Origin: Longimicrobiales bacterium
GTDB taxonomy: Bacteria > Gemmatimonadota > Gemmatimonadetes > Longimicrobiales > Gaopeijiaceae
Length of the DNA stretch: 64,000 nucleotides
NCBI GenBank assembly: GCA_965202805.1
Contig: OZ241869.1
Coordinates: 1,792,001 to 1,856,000, forward strand
Direction: 5' to 3'
The notes beneath the pieces are model-generated. The model was not told where the DNA came from. It saw only the letters and a list, made by a program, of their open reading frames with translations, and made no database searches. A program made the position numbers and the translations under genes. Of the stretch, positions 29,575 through 38,516 are shown piece after piece. Within the stretch, counting starts at the first letter, position 1. Each line of letters starts with the position of its first letter.

Positions 29575-31044
29575 CTAGCGCCGCCTCGACCCGTCCGCCC
29601 GCACCGCCCCCGGCCCGCGGATCACGCCCTCATCCCCGACGACCTCTATACTCGTGCCGAACGGCTCGGAGAGCGCGGCCAGGAGCGTGAGAATCCGCTG
29701 CGCGTCCTCGCCCGAGGCCGCCACCGGCCGGCCACGCTGGGGGCGCGGCAGCCCGTAGCCCAGGACCGTCGGCACCAGCCGGATCTCGTACAGCTCCCCG
29801 TCGCGATAGTCCGAAACCGCAACGACTCCGTCCCACCAATAGTCCGCCGCGGGGCGCCCGCCCCCGGAAGCCACTTCCCGGCCATCATAGAAATCGGACG
29901 GCAGACCCCGGAATTCGTCCACGTCATAGCGGGCATAGTTGTCCCAGGGCTGGAACGGCGGGGTCTCGTTCTGGAATAGAAAGTCGTCCAGGGAATAGAA
30001 GATGGGCTTGTCCTGATAGATCTCGATGCCGCGCAGCACGTGCGGGCCGTGCGCGTAGAAGGCGTCGGCCCCGGCATCGATGGTTGCGCGGGCGAAAGTC
30101 ACCAGCGCGTCCGCGGGCACATAACTGCCCTCGTTGCAATCGTCCTGATAGAGGCCCAGGCAGCCCGGCTCGTCTCCGGCGCGGCTCGGAATATAGTTGT
30201 TGCCGGCCCCCTGGTGGGTGTGGCTGGTCACGACCACCCAGTTGGCCTGCCGGCGCGCGTCGCGGACGGTGGCCAGCAGCTCCTGCAGATCGCCCTCATG
30301 CGGGGTCGTGACGGTCCGGTAGCCGTCGCCCGACTCGAAGTTGCCCTCGATGCCGCCGACTCCCTGAGCGCGCGCTTCCTCCAGGCTCTCGTAGACATCG
30401 CCCGGCACCACGTAGGTCGTCTCGAAGCGTATCGGCGCGAGCCCCGGCCGGCCGCGCATATCCGGACGCTGGTGGCCAGCCCGCATGTGCTCCGAGAAGC
30501 TCGAGGACACGGCGATGAGCGCCACCCGGCCATCCATCGTCTCCAGGTACGCGGGCGCCCGCGCGAGCGCGAGATTCTCGCCCGAGCCCGCGACCTTGAT
30601 CCCGGCCGCGGCGAGCGCACGCTGGGTCGCGCGCATCCCGCCAGCGCCCCAGTCCATGGTGTGGTTGTTGGCGAGCCCCAGCATGTCGAGGCCGATCCAG
30701 GCGAGGTCGTGAGCCAGGTCCGGATGCCCCGCCATGTAGGTGCCGCCGCTCTGGGCCGAGGGGATGATGTCGGGGCCGTACTCGTGCAACAGCATCTCCA
30801 TGTTGCCGAAGCCCACGGTGGCCCCGCCGATCACGTCCCGCAGCTTCAGAAACTCGGGCTCGTCGTAGGGCATCAGCGCCCGCGTGATGATGAGGTCCCC
30901 CACCATGGCCATGGAGATGTCCCCTTCCCCGTCGCGATGCTGCGCCTCGGCCGGCAAGGCCGTGAGCAGCGGAAGAATGAGGAGCGAGGCGCCGAGGACC
31001 CGGCGCGTCAGGATCCCGGTTCGGGCTGAAGTCGATCCGCGCAT
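29575..31044 (-). CDS. CapA/PGA_cap family metallophosphoesterase-like protein
   Basis: VGDLI, GNMEM, LANNHTMDWG, HGPHVLRGIEIY..KPIFYSL. Confidence 0.9.
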   Translation of the reverse strand: MRGSTSARTGILTRRVLGASLLILPLLTALPAEAQHRDGEGDISMAMVGDLIITRALMPYDEPEFLKLRDVIGGATVGFGNMEMLLHEYGPDIIPSAQSGGTYMAGHPDLAHDLAWIGLDMLGLANNHTMDWGAGGMRATQRALAAAGIKVAGSGENLALARAPAYLETMDGRVALIAVSSSFSEHMRAGHQRPDMRGRPGLAPIRFETTYVVPGDVYESLEEARAQGVGGIEGNFESGDGYRTVTTPHEGDLQELLATVRDARRQANWVVVTSHTHQGAGNNYIPSRAGDEPGCLGLYQDDCNEGSYVPADALVTFARATIDAGADAFYAHGPHVLRGIEIYQDKPIFYSLDDFLFQNETPPFQPWDNYARYDVDEFRGLPSDFYDGREVASGGGRPAADYWWDGVVAVSDYRDGELYEIRLVPTVLGYGLPRPQRGRPVAASGEDAQRILTLLAALSEPFGTSIEVVGDEGVIRGPGAVRADGSRRR

Positions 31045-31268
31045 GTTCACCTCCTGCCGCGGGAGAGAGCCGACTTGCAACAGTCAGATTACGCCAGGGC
31101 GGGATGCGGGGGCAAGCGCGTTGGGGGCGGAAGCCATGCCGGCCCGGGAAGCTTCGGGCCGGGCCGCGAGCGTCTGGCGATCACCGTTCCAACACTGCTC
31201 GCAGCATGTCGCTTGCAGGGTCGCATCCGGCTACGTTGAGGAATCTTCCCTCGTCATGGAGGATGCCC

Positions 31269-31652
31269 ATGCGGTACCTCGTCCTCTCCCTCCTCCTCAT
31301 GCTCTCCCTCCAGGGCTGCGCATCCACGGGCAGCGGCCCCGGCGCCTCCCGAAACCTCATCACCCGCGCGCAGATCGAAGAGTCGCAGGCGATCACGGCG
31401 TACGACGTCATCCGCGCGCTGCATCCCCAGTGGCTTCGGGCCCGGGGTCAGACCGTGGGGCTGGCGAATGCGACGCCGGTAACTCCGACGGTTTTCATGG
31501 ATGGCACGCGCATGGGTGAGCTGGATGTTCTGAACGCGTACCAGGTGCGCGACATCGAGGAGATCCGCTATCTCGATCCGGGCCGGGCCGCGAGCCGGTA
31601 CGGGATGGGGTATCCGCGGGGCATCATCGAGATCATCTCGCTCAGACGATGA
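31269..31652 (+). CDS. Small lipoprotein with TonB plug-like domain
   Basis: Lipobox LQGC, NLITRAQI, PTVFMDG, IEEIRYL...YG...GIIEI. Confidence 0.75.
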   Translation: MRYLVLSLLLMLSLQGCASTGSGPGASRNLITRAQIEESQAITAYDVIRALHPQWLRARGQTVGLANATPVTPTVFMDGTRMGELDVLNAYQVRDIEEIRYLDPGRAASRYGMGYPRGIIEIISLRR

Positions 31653-32860
31653 GCTGCCTCGCGACCGAGGGACGACCCGTGCCTGATTCCGGGTCCGCCT
31701 TCCGGGTGGCGAGCGGTCGTGGCCTCCGGCCCGCACGGTCCGGGCGCGCCGCCCTCTGCGCCGTTGCGGGCCTCCTCTCCGCGTGCGGCATCTTCGACAC
31801 CACCTCGCCGTTCGACGGCGACGGCAGCAACATCCCGCCCGTGCCGGACGAGGCCTACTGCAGCATTCCCGAGGAGCTGGTCGTCTCCGGGGGCGTGGGC
31901 CGGGACGGCATCCCGGCTCTCAACAACCCCTCGCTGGTGCCCAGCTACCACGCCGAGGCCACCTACCTCGAGGAGGCCGACCGGGTGATCGGGATCGAGG
32001 CCGACGGGCAGTTCATCGCGGTGCCGCACAACATTCTCTGGTGGCACGAGATCGTGAACTTCGACGACTACGGGAGCCCCATCGCCGTCACCTACTGTCC
32101 CCTCACCGGGTCGAGCATGGTCTTCGACCGGTCTTCGGTGGATGGCGTCGATTTCGGCGTCTCCGGCCTCCTCTTCCACAACAACCTGATGATGTTCAAC
32201 CGTCGCAGCGACGGATCGCAGGAGTCGCTCTTCCCGCAGATGCTGCGGGGTGCGCGATGCGGTCCGCTGGACGGCCAGCCGCTCGATCTGCTTCCGTCGA
32301 TGGAGATCCGGTGGAAGGCCTGGAAGGACCTGCACCCCGAGACCCTGGTCGTTTCGGGCATCCGGGCCCGCGGCGCGGACTACGAGCACTACCCCTACGC
32401 CGACTACGAGGTGGTCGACAACGCCCGCACCCTGTTCCCGCACCCCGAGATGGACACGCGTCGCTCTCCCAAGGAGCGTGTCCTCGGCATCCCGCGCGAC
32501 CACGGGCACGGCATGGCGTATCCGTTCATCGTGCTCGAGAGCAGGGGCGATGTCGCGGTGGTGCACGACGACGTGCAGGGCTCGCAACCGGTGGTGGTGT
32601 TCTGGTCCACCCGGGCGCAGGCGGCAGTGGCTTTCGAGCCGATGGCGAACGGCCAGCCCCTCACCTTCGAGGTCCGCGACGGCAGGTTCTTCGACGTGCA
32701 GACCGGCAGCAGATGGACCCTCGATGGCCGTGCCGCCGATGGGCCCCTGGAGGGCGCGACGCTCGAACCGGTGCCGGACGCCTACGTGGCCTTCTGGTTC
32801 GCGTGGGCGACCTTCCACCCCAACACGGACGTTCTGTCGGGCCCGCTCAGGATCTCCTGA
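31649..32860 (+). CDS. DUF3179 domain lipoprotein
   Basis: DGIPAL, LWWHEIVN, TYCPLTGS, FGVSGLL, TGSRW, FWFAW..FHP. Confidence 0.9.
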   Translation: MSCLATEGRPVPDSGSAFRVASGRGLRPARSGRAALCAVAGLLSACGIFDTTSPFDGDGSNIPPVPDEAYCSIPEELVVSGGVGRDGIPALNNPSLVPSYHAEATYLEEADRVIGIEADGQFIAVPHNILWWHEIVNFDDYGSPIAVTYCPLTGSSMVFDRSSVDGVDFGVSGLLFHNNLMMFNRRSDGSQESLFPQMLRGARCGPLDGQPLDLLPSMEIRWKAWKDLHPETLVVSGIRARGADYEHYPYADYEVVDNARTLFPHPEMDTRRSPKERVLGIPRDHGHGMAYPFIVLESRGDVAVVHDDVQGSQPVVVFWSTRAQAAVAFEPMANGQPLTFEVRDGRFFDVQTGSRWTLDGRAADGPLEGATLEPVPDAYVAFWFAWATFHPNTDVLSGPLRIS

Positions 32861-34390
32861 TCAATTCGGATCCCAGAACAGACGTATGTTCCAGGGCTCC
32901 GATCCCAGCCCCTGGGCCGACTGCGCGGCCGTCAGGTTGGCGTTGTTCACCGACTCCTCGCTCTGCGGATACGGCAGCCGCACCGGGATGAGGTTGTTGT
33001 TCAGGTTGTCGGGGCCCGCCACCAGGCCGGGATAGCCGGCGCGCCGGAAGTAGGCCCACGCCTCCGGGCCCTGATCGTAGAGCGCGAACCACATCTGCTG
33101 GGCGATCTGGGCCAGCTGCGTGTCCATGTCCGAGGCGAACGCCACCATCGGCTGCGCCAGATAGGCGTCGATGTCGTCGGAGGAGACGTCGTAGGTCTCC
33201 ATCGACGCGCGAATCCCGGCCTCGTACAGGGCTCCGGCATCGCCACCGGCATACCCTCTCACCGCGGCCTCCGCCTGGAGCAGCGCCACTTCGGCGTACG
33301 ACTGGATCCAGGTCGGCGTGTTGGGCCGCAGGAACCACTTTCCGACCCGCGACACCTGCTCGAACTCGATCCCGTGGCTGTCGCTCATGCCGTTGGGCAT
33401 GCCGCGGAACTCGCCCGTCTCCCTGGCGGCATCGGCGTAGATGGAGAGCCTGGGGTCGTTGTGCTCGATGAGGGCGTCGACCATCGCCGCGCTGATGCGG
33501 AAGTCGCCCGGACGGGCGATGAACGCGGGGGCCATCGGGTTCTCGTTGGGCGGAGCGCCGATCCACGTCAGCTTCGCCTCGTCGTCCCGGCTCTGGAAGA
33601 CCCCCGACGAGATCGCGCTCGAAGCCTCCGACGCGCTCATGACGCGCATCGCCATGCGCAGCCGCAGCGAGTTGGCGAACCGCTGCCACTTGTACATGTC
33701 GCCCTCGTAGATCAGATCCGGATTGCCGACCGTCCCGCGGAACACATCCGGGAAGAGCCCGCTCATGGGAGCGATCTGGGCACTGGCCGCGGAGAGTTCC
33801 GCGAGCAGCGCGCTGTAGATGGACTGCGCGTCGTCGTAACCGGGCGTGATGTTGTTGGCGGCGAGCCCGCCCAGCGCCTCGGAATAGGGGATGTCTCCCC
33901 AGAGGTCCACCATGTTGTGGAACATCCACGCGCGCAGGATGCGCCCGACCGCCTCCTGGTTCGCCTCGCCTCTCTCGGCGGCCTTCTGCACGACGCCGTC
34001 GAAGTCCACCAGGGCCCCCGTGTAGAGGGTGGCCCAGAGGCCGTCCGAGAAGCTGCCGTCGATCTCGTAGCGATCGATGGAGCCGTACTGGAGGCGCGCG
34101 TAGTGCTGCACCCAGACCGAGGCCGTGCCCCGGTCGAAGCCGGTCCCCAGCAGGCTGGTCACGGCACCGACGATGCCCGCGGGCAGCAGGTACTGAACGC
34201 CCACGTCGGTGGGCGCGTTGGGGTTGGTGTTGATCCCCGTGAAGTCCTCCGTGCAGCCGGAGGCCCCCAGGCCGATCGCCACGATCAGACCGGCCGCGAG
34301 GCTCCTGTGTGTCATTCTCTTCGTATTCATTCCCGGTCTCCCGCTCGATTCAGATGTCTTCGGCATCATCGCTTTTTTCCGTCGAGACAT
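32861..34390 (-). CDS. SusD/RagB-family lipoprotein
   Basis: ASGC lipobox, INTNPNAP, DLWGDIPYSEA, WQRFANSLRLR, EAW...RR.GYP; start may be 34330. Confidence 0.9.
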   Translation of the reverse strand: MSRRKKAMMPKTSESSGRPGMNTKRMTHRSLAAGLIVAIGLGASGCTEDFTGINTNPNAPTDVGVQYLLPAGIVGAVTSLLGTGFDRGTASVWVQHYARLQYGSIDRYEIDGSFSDGLWATLYTGALVDFDGVVQKAAERGEANQEAVGRILRAWMFHNMVDLWGDIPYSEALGGLAANNITPGYDDAQSIYSALLAELSAASAQIAPMSGLFPDVFRGTVGNPDLIYEGDMYKWQRFANSLRLRMAMRVMSASEASSAISSGVFQSRDDEAKLTWIGAPPNENPMAPAFIARPGDFRISAAMVDALIEHNDPRLSIYADAARETGEFRGMPNGMSDSHGIEFEQVSRVGKWFLRPNTPTWIQSYAEVALLQAEAAVRGYAGGDAGALYEAGIRASMETYDVSSDDIDAYLAQPMVAFASDMDTQLAQIAQQMWFALYDQGPEAWAYFRRAGYPGLVAGPDNLNNNLIPVRLPYPQSEESVNNANLTAAQSAQGLGSEPWNIRLFWDPN

Positions 34391-34400
34391 GTTCGCCACC

Positions 34401-37400
34401 TCAGTGCACGACGGAGATGTTGATCCCGAAGGTCCGCGGCGTCGGGAACTGCTTGTCCTCGATGCCGGCGAGGTTCGCTTCGGTGACGCTGCCTTCGATC
34501 GCGGCGGTCTCCGGATCGATGTGGGGGATCGCGGTCCACAGCCACAGGTTGCGGCCCACGAAGGTGATGCGGGCCTGCGACACCGGGAGCGCGTCCAGAT
34601 ACGCGGGCGGCAGATCGAAGGCGATCGCGACCTCGCGCAGCTTGGTGTAGTTGTTGTCGAAGAGCCACTCGGTATCCACGTCGTCCAGGCGCGTGCCCAG
34701 CGTCCGCGGCGACACCGCCACCGTGTTCGCCGATCCACCCTCGGTCACCCCGGGGAACACGACCGGGCCCCGGCCGGTGACGCGGTCCGGATCCCAGTCC
34801 CTGGGGGTCGGGTTGGCCGACTCGTACAGCACGCCGGTGCGGTAGCCGAGCCGGCAGGAGCCGCAGAAGATCTGCCCGCCGCGGCGCGTGTCGACCTGGG
34901 CGCTCACGGTGAAGGAGCCGTAGGAGAGCGTGCTGCGCACGCCGCCGATCCAGTCCGGCTGGTAGGACCCGATGATCTCGGAGGATCCCCGGATCGGCAG
35001 CCCGTTGGAGCCGACGATGATGTTGCCGGCCGTGTCCCGCCTCCACACCGGGCCGAAGAACACCCCGTACGGATGGCCGGGCCGGGCTTCCACCGCGCCC
35101 CGGATGCCGCCGGCGCGCCCGATCACGATCGACTCGAGGCCGGGAGCGAGTTCAAGCACCTCGGAGTCGTTCTTCCCGAAGTTGAACGACATGTCCCACG
35201 CCAGCCCGCCGGGCTGGTTCAGCAGGTCGACCGTCAGCAGCGCCTCGATGCCCTTGTTGCGCACCGAGCCCGCGTTCAGCACCTGGCGGTTGTAGCCGCT
35301 GGCCTCCGACACGTCCACCGCGAGGATCTGGTCGCGCGTGGTCGAGTTGTAGTAGGTCAGGTCGAGCGCGGCGCGGTCGAACCAGAAGCGCAGGTCGGCG
35401 CCGATCTCCCAGGACCTGGTCTCCTCGGGCCTGAGCTCGGCGTTGGGGATGGTGTTGCTCGTCGTGTAGCCGGGGATGTTCCCGAACTTGTCGACCTCGG
35501 AGTAGACCGAGGTGAGCTGGTACGGATCCGCGTCGTTCCCCACCTTCGCCCAGCTCGCCCGCAGCTTCCCGTAGGAGAGGACGTCGGAGTCGAGATTGAG
35601 GGCGTCGGTGAAGACCAGGCTCCCCGAGTAGGACGGGTAGAAGTAGGAGCGGTTGTCCTCGGGGAGGGTCGAGGACCAGTCGTTGCGGGCCGTGACGTCG
35701 ACGAAGGCGAAGTCGCGGTAGCCCACGGTGAACAGGCCGTAGAGGCTGTTCACGTGCTTCCTCTCGATGACGTAGTTGAGCAGCGGTGGCGCCGCCGAGT
35801 TGCTCACGTTGTAGATGTCCGGGACGTTGAGCTTGCGGCTTCCCGCCTCCTGCAGGTCGAAGTCGTTGCGGCGCATGTTGGCCCCGCCGCTGACGTTGAG
35901 CGAGAAGTCCGTGGTCAGCTGCCGGTTCGCGGTGACCAGCGCCTCCAGATTGGTCTCCTGGTGGAACGACGCGGCCTCCACGAAGCCGCCCTCGGGCGTG
36001 TCCTGGGAGTAGAAGGGGTAGACCTCCTTGTTGGACTGCTCGAACCAGTCCGTGCCCAGGCGCACGCGCGCGTTCAGCCAGTCGCCCGCCAGCTGGTAGT
36101 TGCCGGTGATCTGGCCGAGGACGCGGTTGCGCCGGTCGTCGTTGCTCCGGTAGTTCTGGACCCAGTAGACGTTGTCGTGATAGTTGTGGTTCCAGTTCGG
36201 GGTCAGGACGCCGGAGGCCGGATCCCACTCCTCGTTGGCGCGCTCCATGCGCTTCGCGTCGACCTGGCGCTGGAACCAGTTGAAGATGTGGATGGCGTAG
36301 TAGGAGCCGTTCCCCGGCGCGGGCCGGTTGTGCCCCTGGGTCTGGGTGTACTGGAAGGAGCCGTCCAGGTCGAAGCGCTCGGTTACCTGCACCCCGGCGT
36401 TCAACGCCAGCTGGGTGCGCTCGAGTTCGTTGCGCGGGGCCATGCCGGTCGCGTCCATGCGCAGCGCCGAGAAGCGCACGTTGGAGCGGTCGGTGGCGTG
36501 GGAGATGGCGAAGTTGGTCGTGAGGTTGTTCCCGGTCTGGAAGTACTCCCTCACGTTCATCGGCGAGGGCAGCCAGGGCTGCGGCACGCCGTTCGACCAC
36601 CACTGGGGATACAGGCGCCCGTCGAGGGCCGGGCCCCAGCTCTCGTCCACGCCGTCGTTCTCGCCGCCGCCCCGCCCGTCGACCCAGTTGTAGCCGTCGT
36701 CGGTGGCGCCGCCCCCGTAGATGTTCTGGTACTTGACCATGCGCAGCGGCGACTCCACGACGAAGTTGCTGCTCGCCGTGATGGTCGTGACGCCGAGCGC
36801 GCCCCGCCCCGACTTGGTCACGATCTCCACGACCCCGTTGGAGGCGCGCGACCCGTACAGGGCGGCCGCGTTGGCGCCCCGGAGCACCGTGATCGACTCG
36901 ATGTTCGAGGGATCGATGTCCTGGGCCATGTTGCCGTAGTCGATGCCGCTGCGGTTGCGCACCACCGCGCCCCGGGTCCCGCCGTTGGCGGCCGTCTCGC
37001 GCCGGCTGTTGTCGATGGGCACGCCGTCGACCACGATCAGCGGCTCGTTGTTTCCGGAGATGGAGGCGACCCCGCGCAGGATCATCTTCGAGGTGCCGCC
37101 CAGCACCGCCGGGGGCGTCACCACCAGCCCGGCCACCTTGCCGGCCAGGTTGCTGATCACGTTGTTGTCGCGCACCTCGACCAGCTCGTCGCCGTCGATC
37201 CCCTGCACGGAATAGCCCAGGCTGCGCTCTTCACGGGTGATGCCGAGCGCGGTGACCACCACTTCCTCGAGCAGCAGCGCCTCGCTCTCGAGCGCGAAGT
37301 CGGCCACGGCTGCCGCGTCCGCGTTGACCGTAACCACTGCGGTCGCAGTCACATAGCCCAGTCGCTCGGCCTGGATCGTCACCTCCCCCACCGGCACGCC

Positions 37401-37610
37401 GGGGATGAGGTAGCGGCCTTCAGCGTTGGTCGTGCCTCCGATCCCCTGCCCCACGATCGACACCTGGACGGCGTCGAGGGGGCCCAGCGTCCCCGCGTCC
37501 GTGATCACGCCGGTGACGCTGCCGGTCTGCGCCCGGAGGAGCGACGGGGCCGTCAGGAGCGCCATCGCCAGGAAGGCGATCGGCACTGTCCATACCTTGG
37601 AGTGCTTCAT
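34401..37610 (-). CDS. SusC/RagA-family TonB-dependent receptor
   Basis: EEVVVTALGI, VLRGANAAALYGSRASNGV, ARNDWSSTLP, IDPET, PTPRTFG. Confidence 0.95.
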   Translation of the reverse strand: MKHSKVWTVPIAFLAMALLTAPSLLRAQTGSVTGVITDAGTLGPLDAVQVSIVGQGIGGTTNAEGRYLIPGVPVGEVTIQAERLGYVTATAVVTVNADAAAVADFALESEALLLEEVVVTALGITREERSLGYSVQGIDGDELVEVRDNNVISNLAGKVAGLVVTPPAVLGGTSKMILRGVASISGNNEPLIVVDGVPIDNSRRETAANGGTRGAVVRNRSGIDYGNMAQDIDPSNIESITVLRGANAAALYGSRASNGVVEIVTKSGRGALGVTTITASSNFVVESPLRMVKYQNIYGGGATDDGYNWVDGRGGGENDGVDESWGPALDGRLYPQWWSNGVPQPWLPSPMNVREYFQTGNNLTTNFAISHATDRSNVRFSALRMDATGMAPRNELERTQLALNAGVQVTERFDLDGSFQYTQTQGHNRPAPGNGSYYAIHIFNWFQRQVDAKRMERANEEWDPASGVLTPNWNHNYHDNVYWVQNYRSNDDRRNRVLGQITGNYQLAGDWLNARVRLGTDWFEQSNKEVYPFYSQDTPEGGFVEAASFHQETNLEALVTANRQLTTDFSLNVSGGANMRRNDFDLQEAGSRKLNVPDIYNVSNSAAPPLLNYVIERKHVNSLYGLFTVGYRDFAFVDVTARNDWSSTLPEDNRSYFYPSYSGSLVFTDALNLDSDVLSYGKLRASWAKVGNDADPYQLTSVYSEVDKFGNIPGYTTSNTIPNAELRPEETRSWEIGADLRFWFDRAALDLTYYNSTTRDQILAVDVSEASGYNRQVLNAGSVRNKGIEALLTVDLLNQPGGLAWDMSFNFGKNDSEVLELAPGLESIVIGRAGGIRGAVEARPGHPYGVFFGPVWRRDTAGNIIVGSNGLPIRGSSEIIGSYQPDWIGGVRSTLSYGSFTVSAQVDTRRGGQIFCGSCRLGYRTGVLYESANPTPRDWDPDRVTGRGPVVFPGVTEGGSANTVAVSPRTLGTRLDDVDTEWLFDNNYTKLREVAIAFDLPPAYLDALPVSQARITFVGRNLWLWTAIPHIDPETAAIEGSVTEANLAGIEDKQFPTPRTFGINISVVH

Positions 37611-37631
37611 GATTGACCTCCTTGCAAAGTT

Positions 37632-38225
37632 CTAGCCGCCCCAGCGGTAGCCGAATCCCACGCTGAACGAGGTGTCCAGCTGCGACTCGTCCAGGATGTG
37701 GTTCTGGTACGTCCAGGTGGTGGCGTCCGCGAAGACGAACGCGTTCGATTCCAGGAGGAACCGGACGCCCGCGCCGAAGACACCCGTGAACTCGGTGACG
37801 TCGTACGCGTAGCTGTTGATGTCCTGGCCCTGCCGGTCCACGACGACCAGCCCGCCGCCCGCCAGGACGTACGGCTCCATGCTGCCGCCGGTCATGAGCA
37901 GGACTTCGACGCCGCCGCCGTAGTACTGCCGTCCGAGATCGACCGGCTCGTTGATGCCGCCGGTGTTGTCGGTTCCGGACTTGGAGGTGAGGCTGACGTC
38001 TCCGCGGATCGAGATGCGCTCGTAGAGCTGAAGCGCCGCCCCGGCACCGAAGCGGACGCCCATCCCGTACGAGACCGCCCGATCCGCATCGTAGCCCGCG
38101 GGGTTGTTGATGAGCCCGCCGTGGGCGGAGAGGGAGAAGCTGCTGACGGGTTCCTGCGCGTTGGCGGGAAGCGCCGCGAAGGCACCCGCAAGCACTGCGA
38201 GGACAAGTCTCCGTACACCTGACAT
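37632..38225 (-). CDS. Outer-membrane beta-barrel protein (OmpA-like barrel)
   Basis: Signal peptide, PYVLAGGG, FGAGVRF, VGFGYRW; AAGGAGG RBS. Confidence 0.75.
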   Translation of the reverse strand: MSGVRRLVLAVLAGAFAALPANAQEPVSSFSLSAHGGLINNPAGYDADRAVSYGMGVRFGAGAALQLYERISIRGDVSLTSKSGTDNTGGINEPVDLGRQYYGGGVEVLLMTGGSMEPYVLAGGGLVVVDRQGQDINSYAYDVTEFTGVFGAGVRFLLESNAFVFADATTWTYQNHILDESQLDTSFSVGFGYRWGG

Positions 38226-38364
38226 GGAGCCCTCCTTACTGCTGTCGAGGCAGGGACCTGAGAAGCCGGGGGGGCCGGCGGGTCGAGCCTCGGGAAACAT
38301 CGGAAAACCCGTATTATGGGATGATCGCGAGTTCCGCGTCAAGAGCTTTTGGATGTCGCGCCTC

Positions 38365-38442
38365 GCGCGCGCACGCTATGTTTGCACGTGTACGCAGCAT
38401 GCACGCCGTACGTGTACGCCGCACCTGCACGCACACGCCACA
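38365..38442. repeat. Alternating purine-pyrimidine imperfect repeat in divergent promoter region
   Basis: ACGTGTACGC at 38386 and 38410 within a GCAC/GTAC-rich tract. Confidence 0.55.
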
Positions 38443-38516
38443 CTTGTTCCGAGAGCGCGTCTGGATGCGCTCTTCACACCAGCCGGGGACGCGATGCCGC
38501 CCTTCCTCCTGACGCG

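Noticed and set aside
31649..32860. DUF3179 as a second selenoprotein
   Set aside because: Encodes Cys (TYCPLT) with no in-frame UGA
32858..32863. Abutting convergent stop codons (TGATCA) as a regulatory feature
   Set aside because: Ordinary compact gene packing; nothing further supports a function
34209..37616. 1135-aa plus-strand ORF and other long shadow ORFs (1175-3325, 13323-15263, 38666-40894, 49075-50520, 56387-58144)
   Set aside because: Antisense or alternate-frame shadows of clear genes, expected in high-GC DNA; no recognisable motifs
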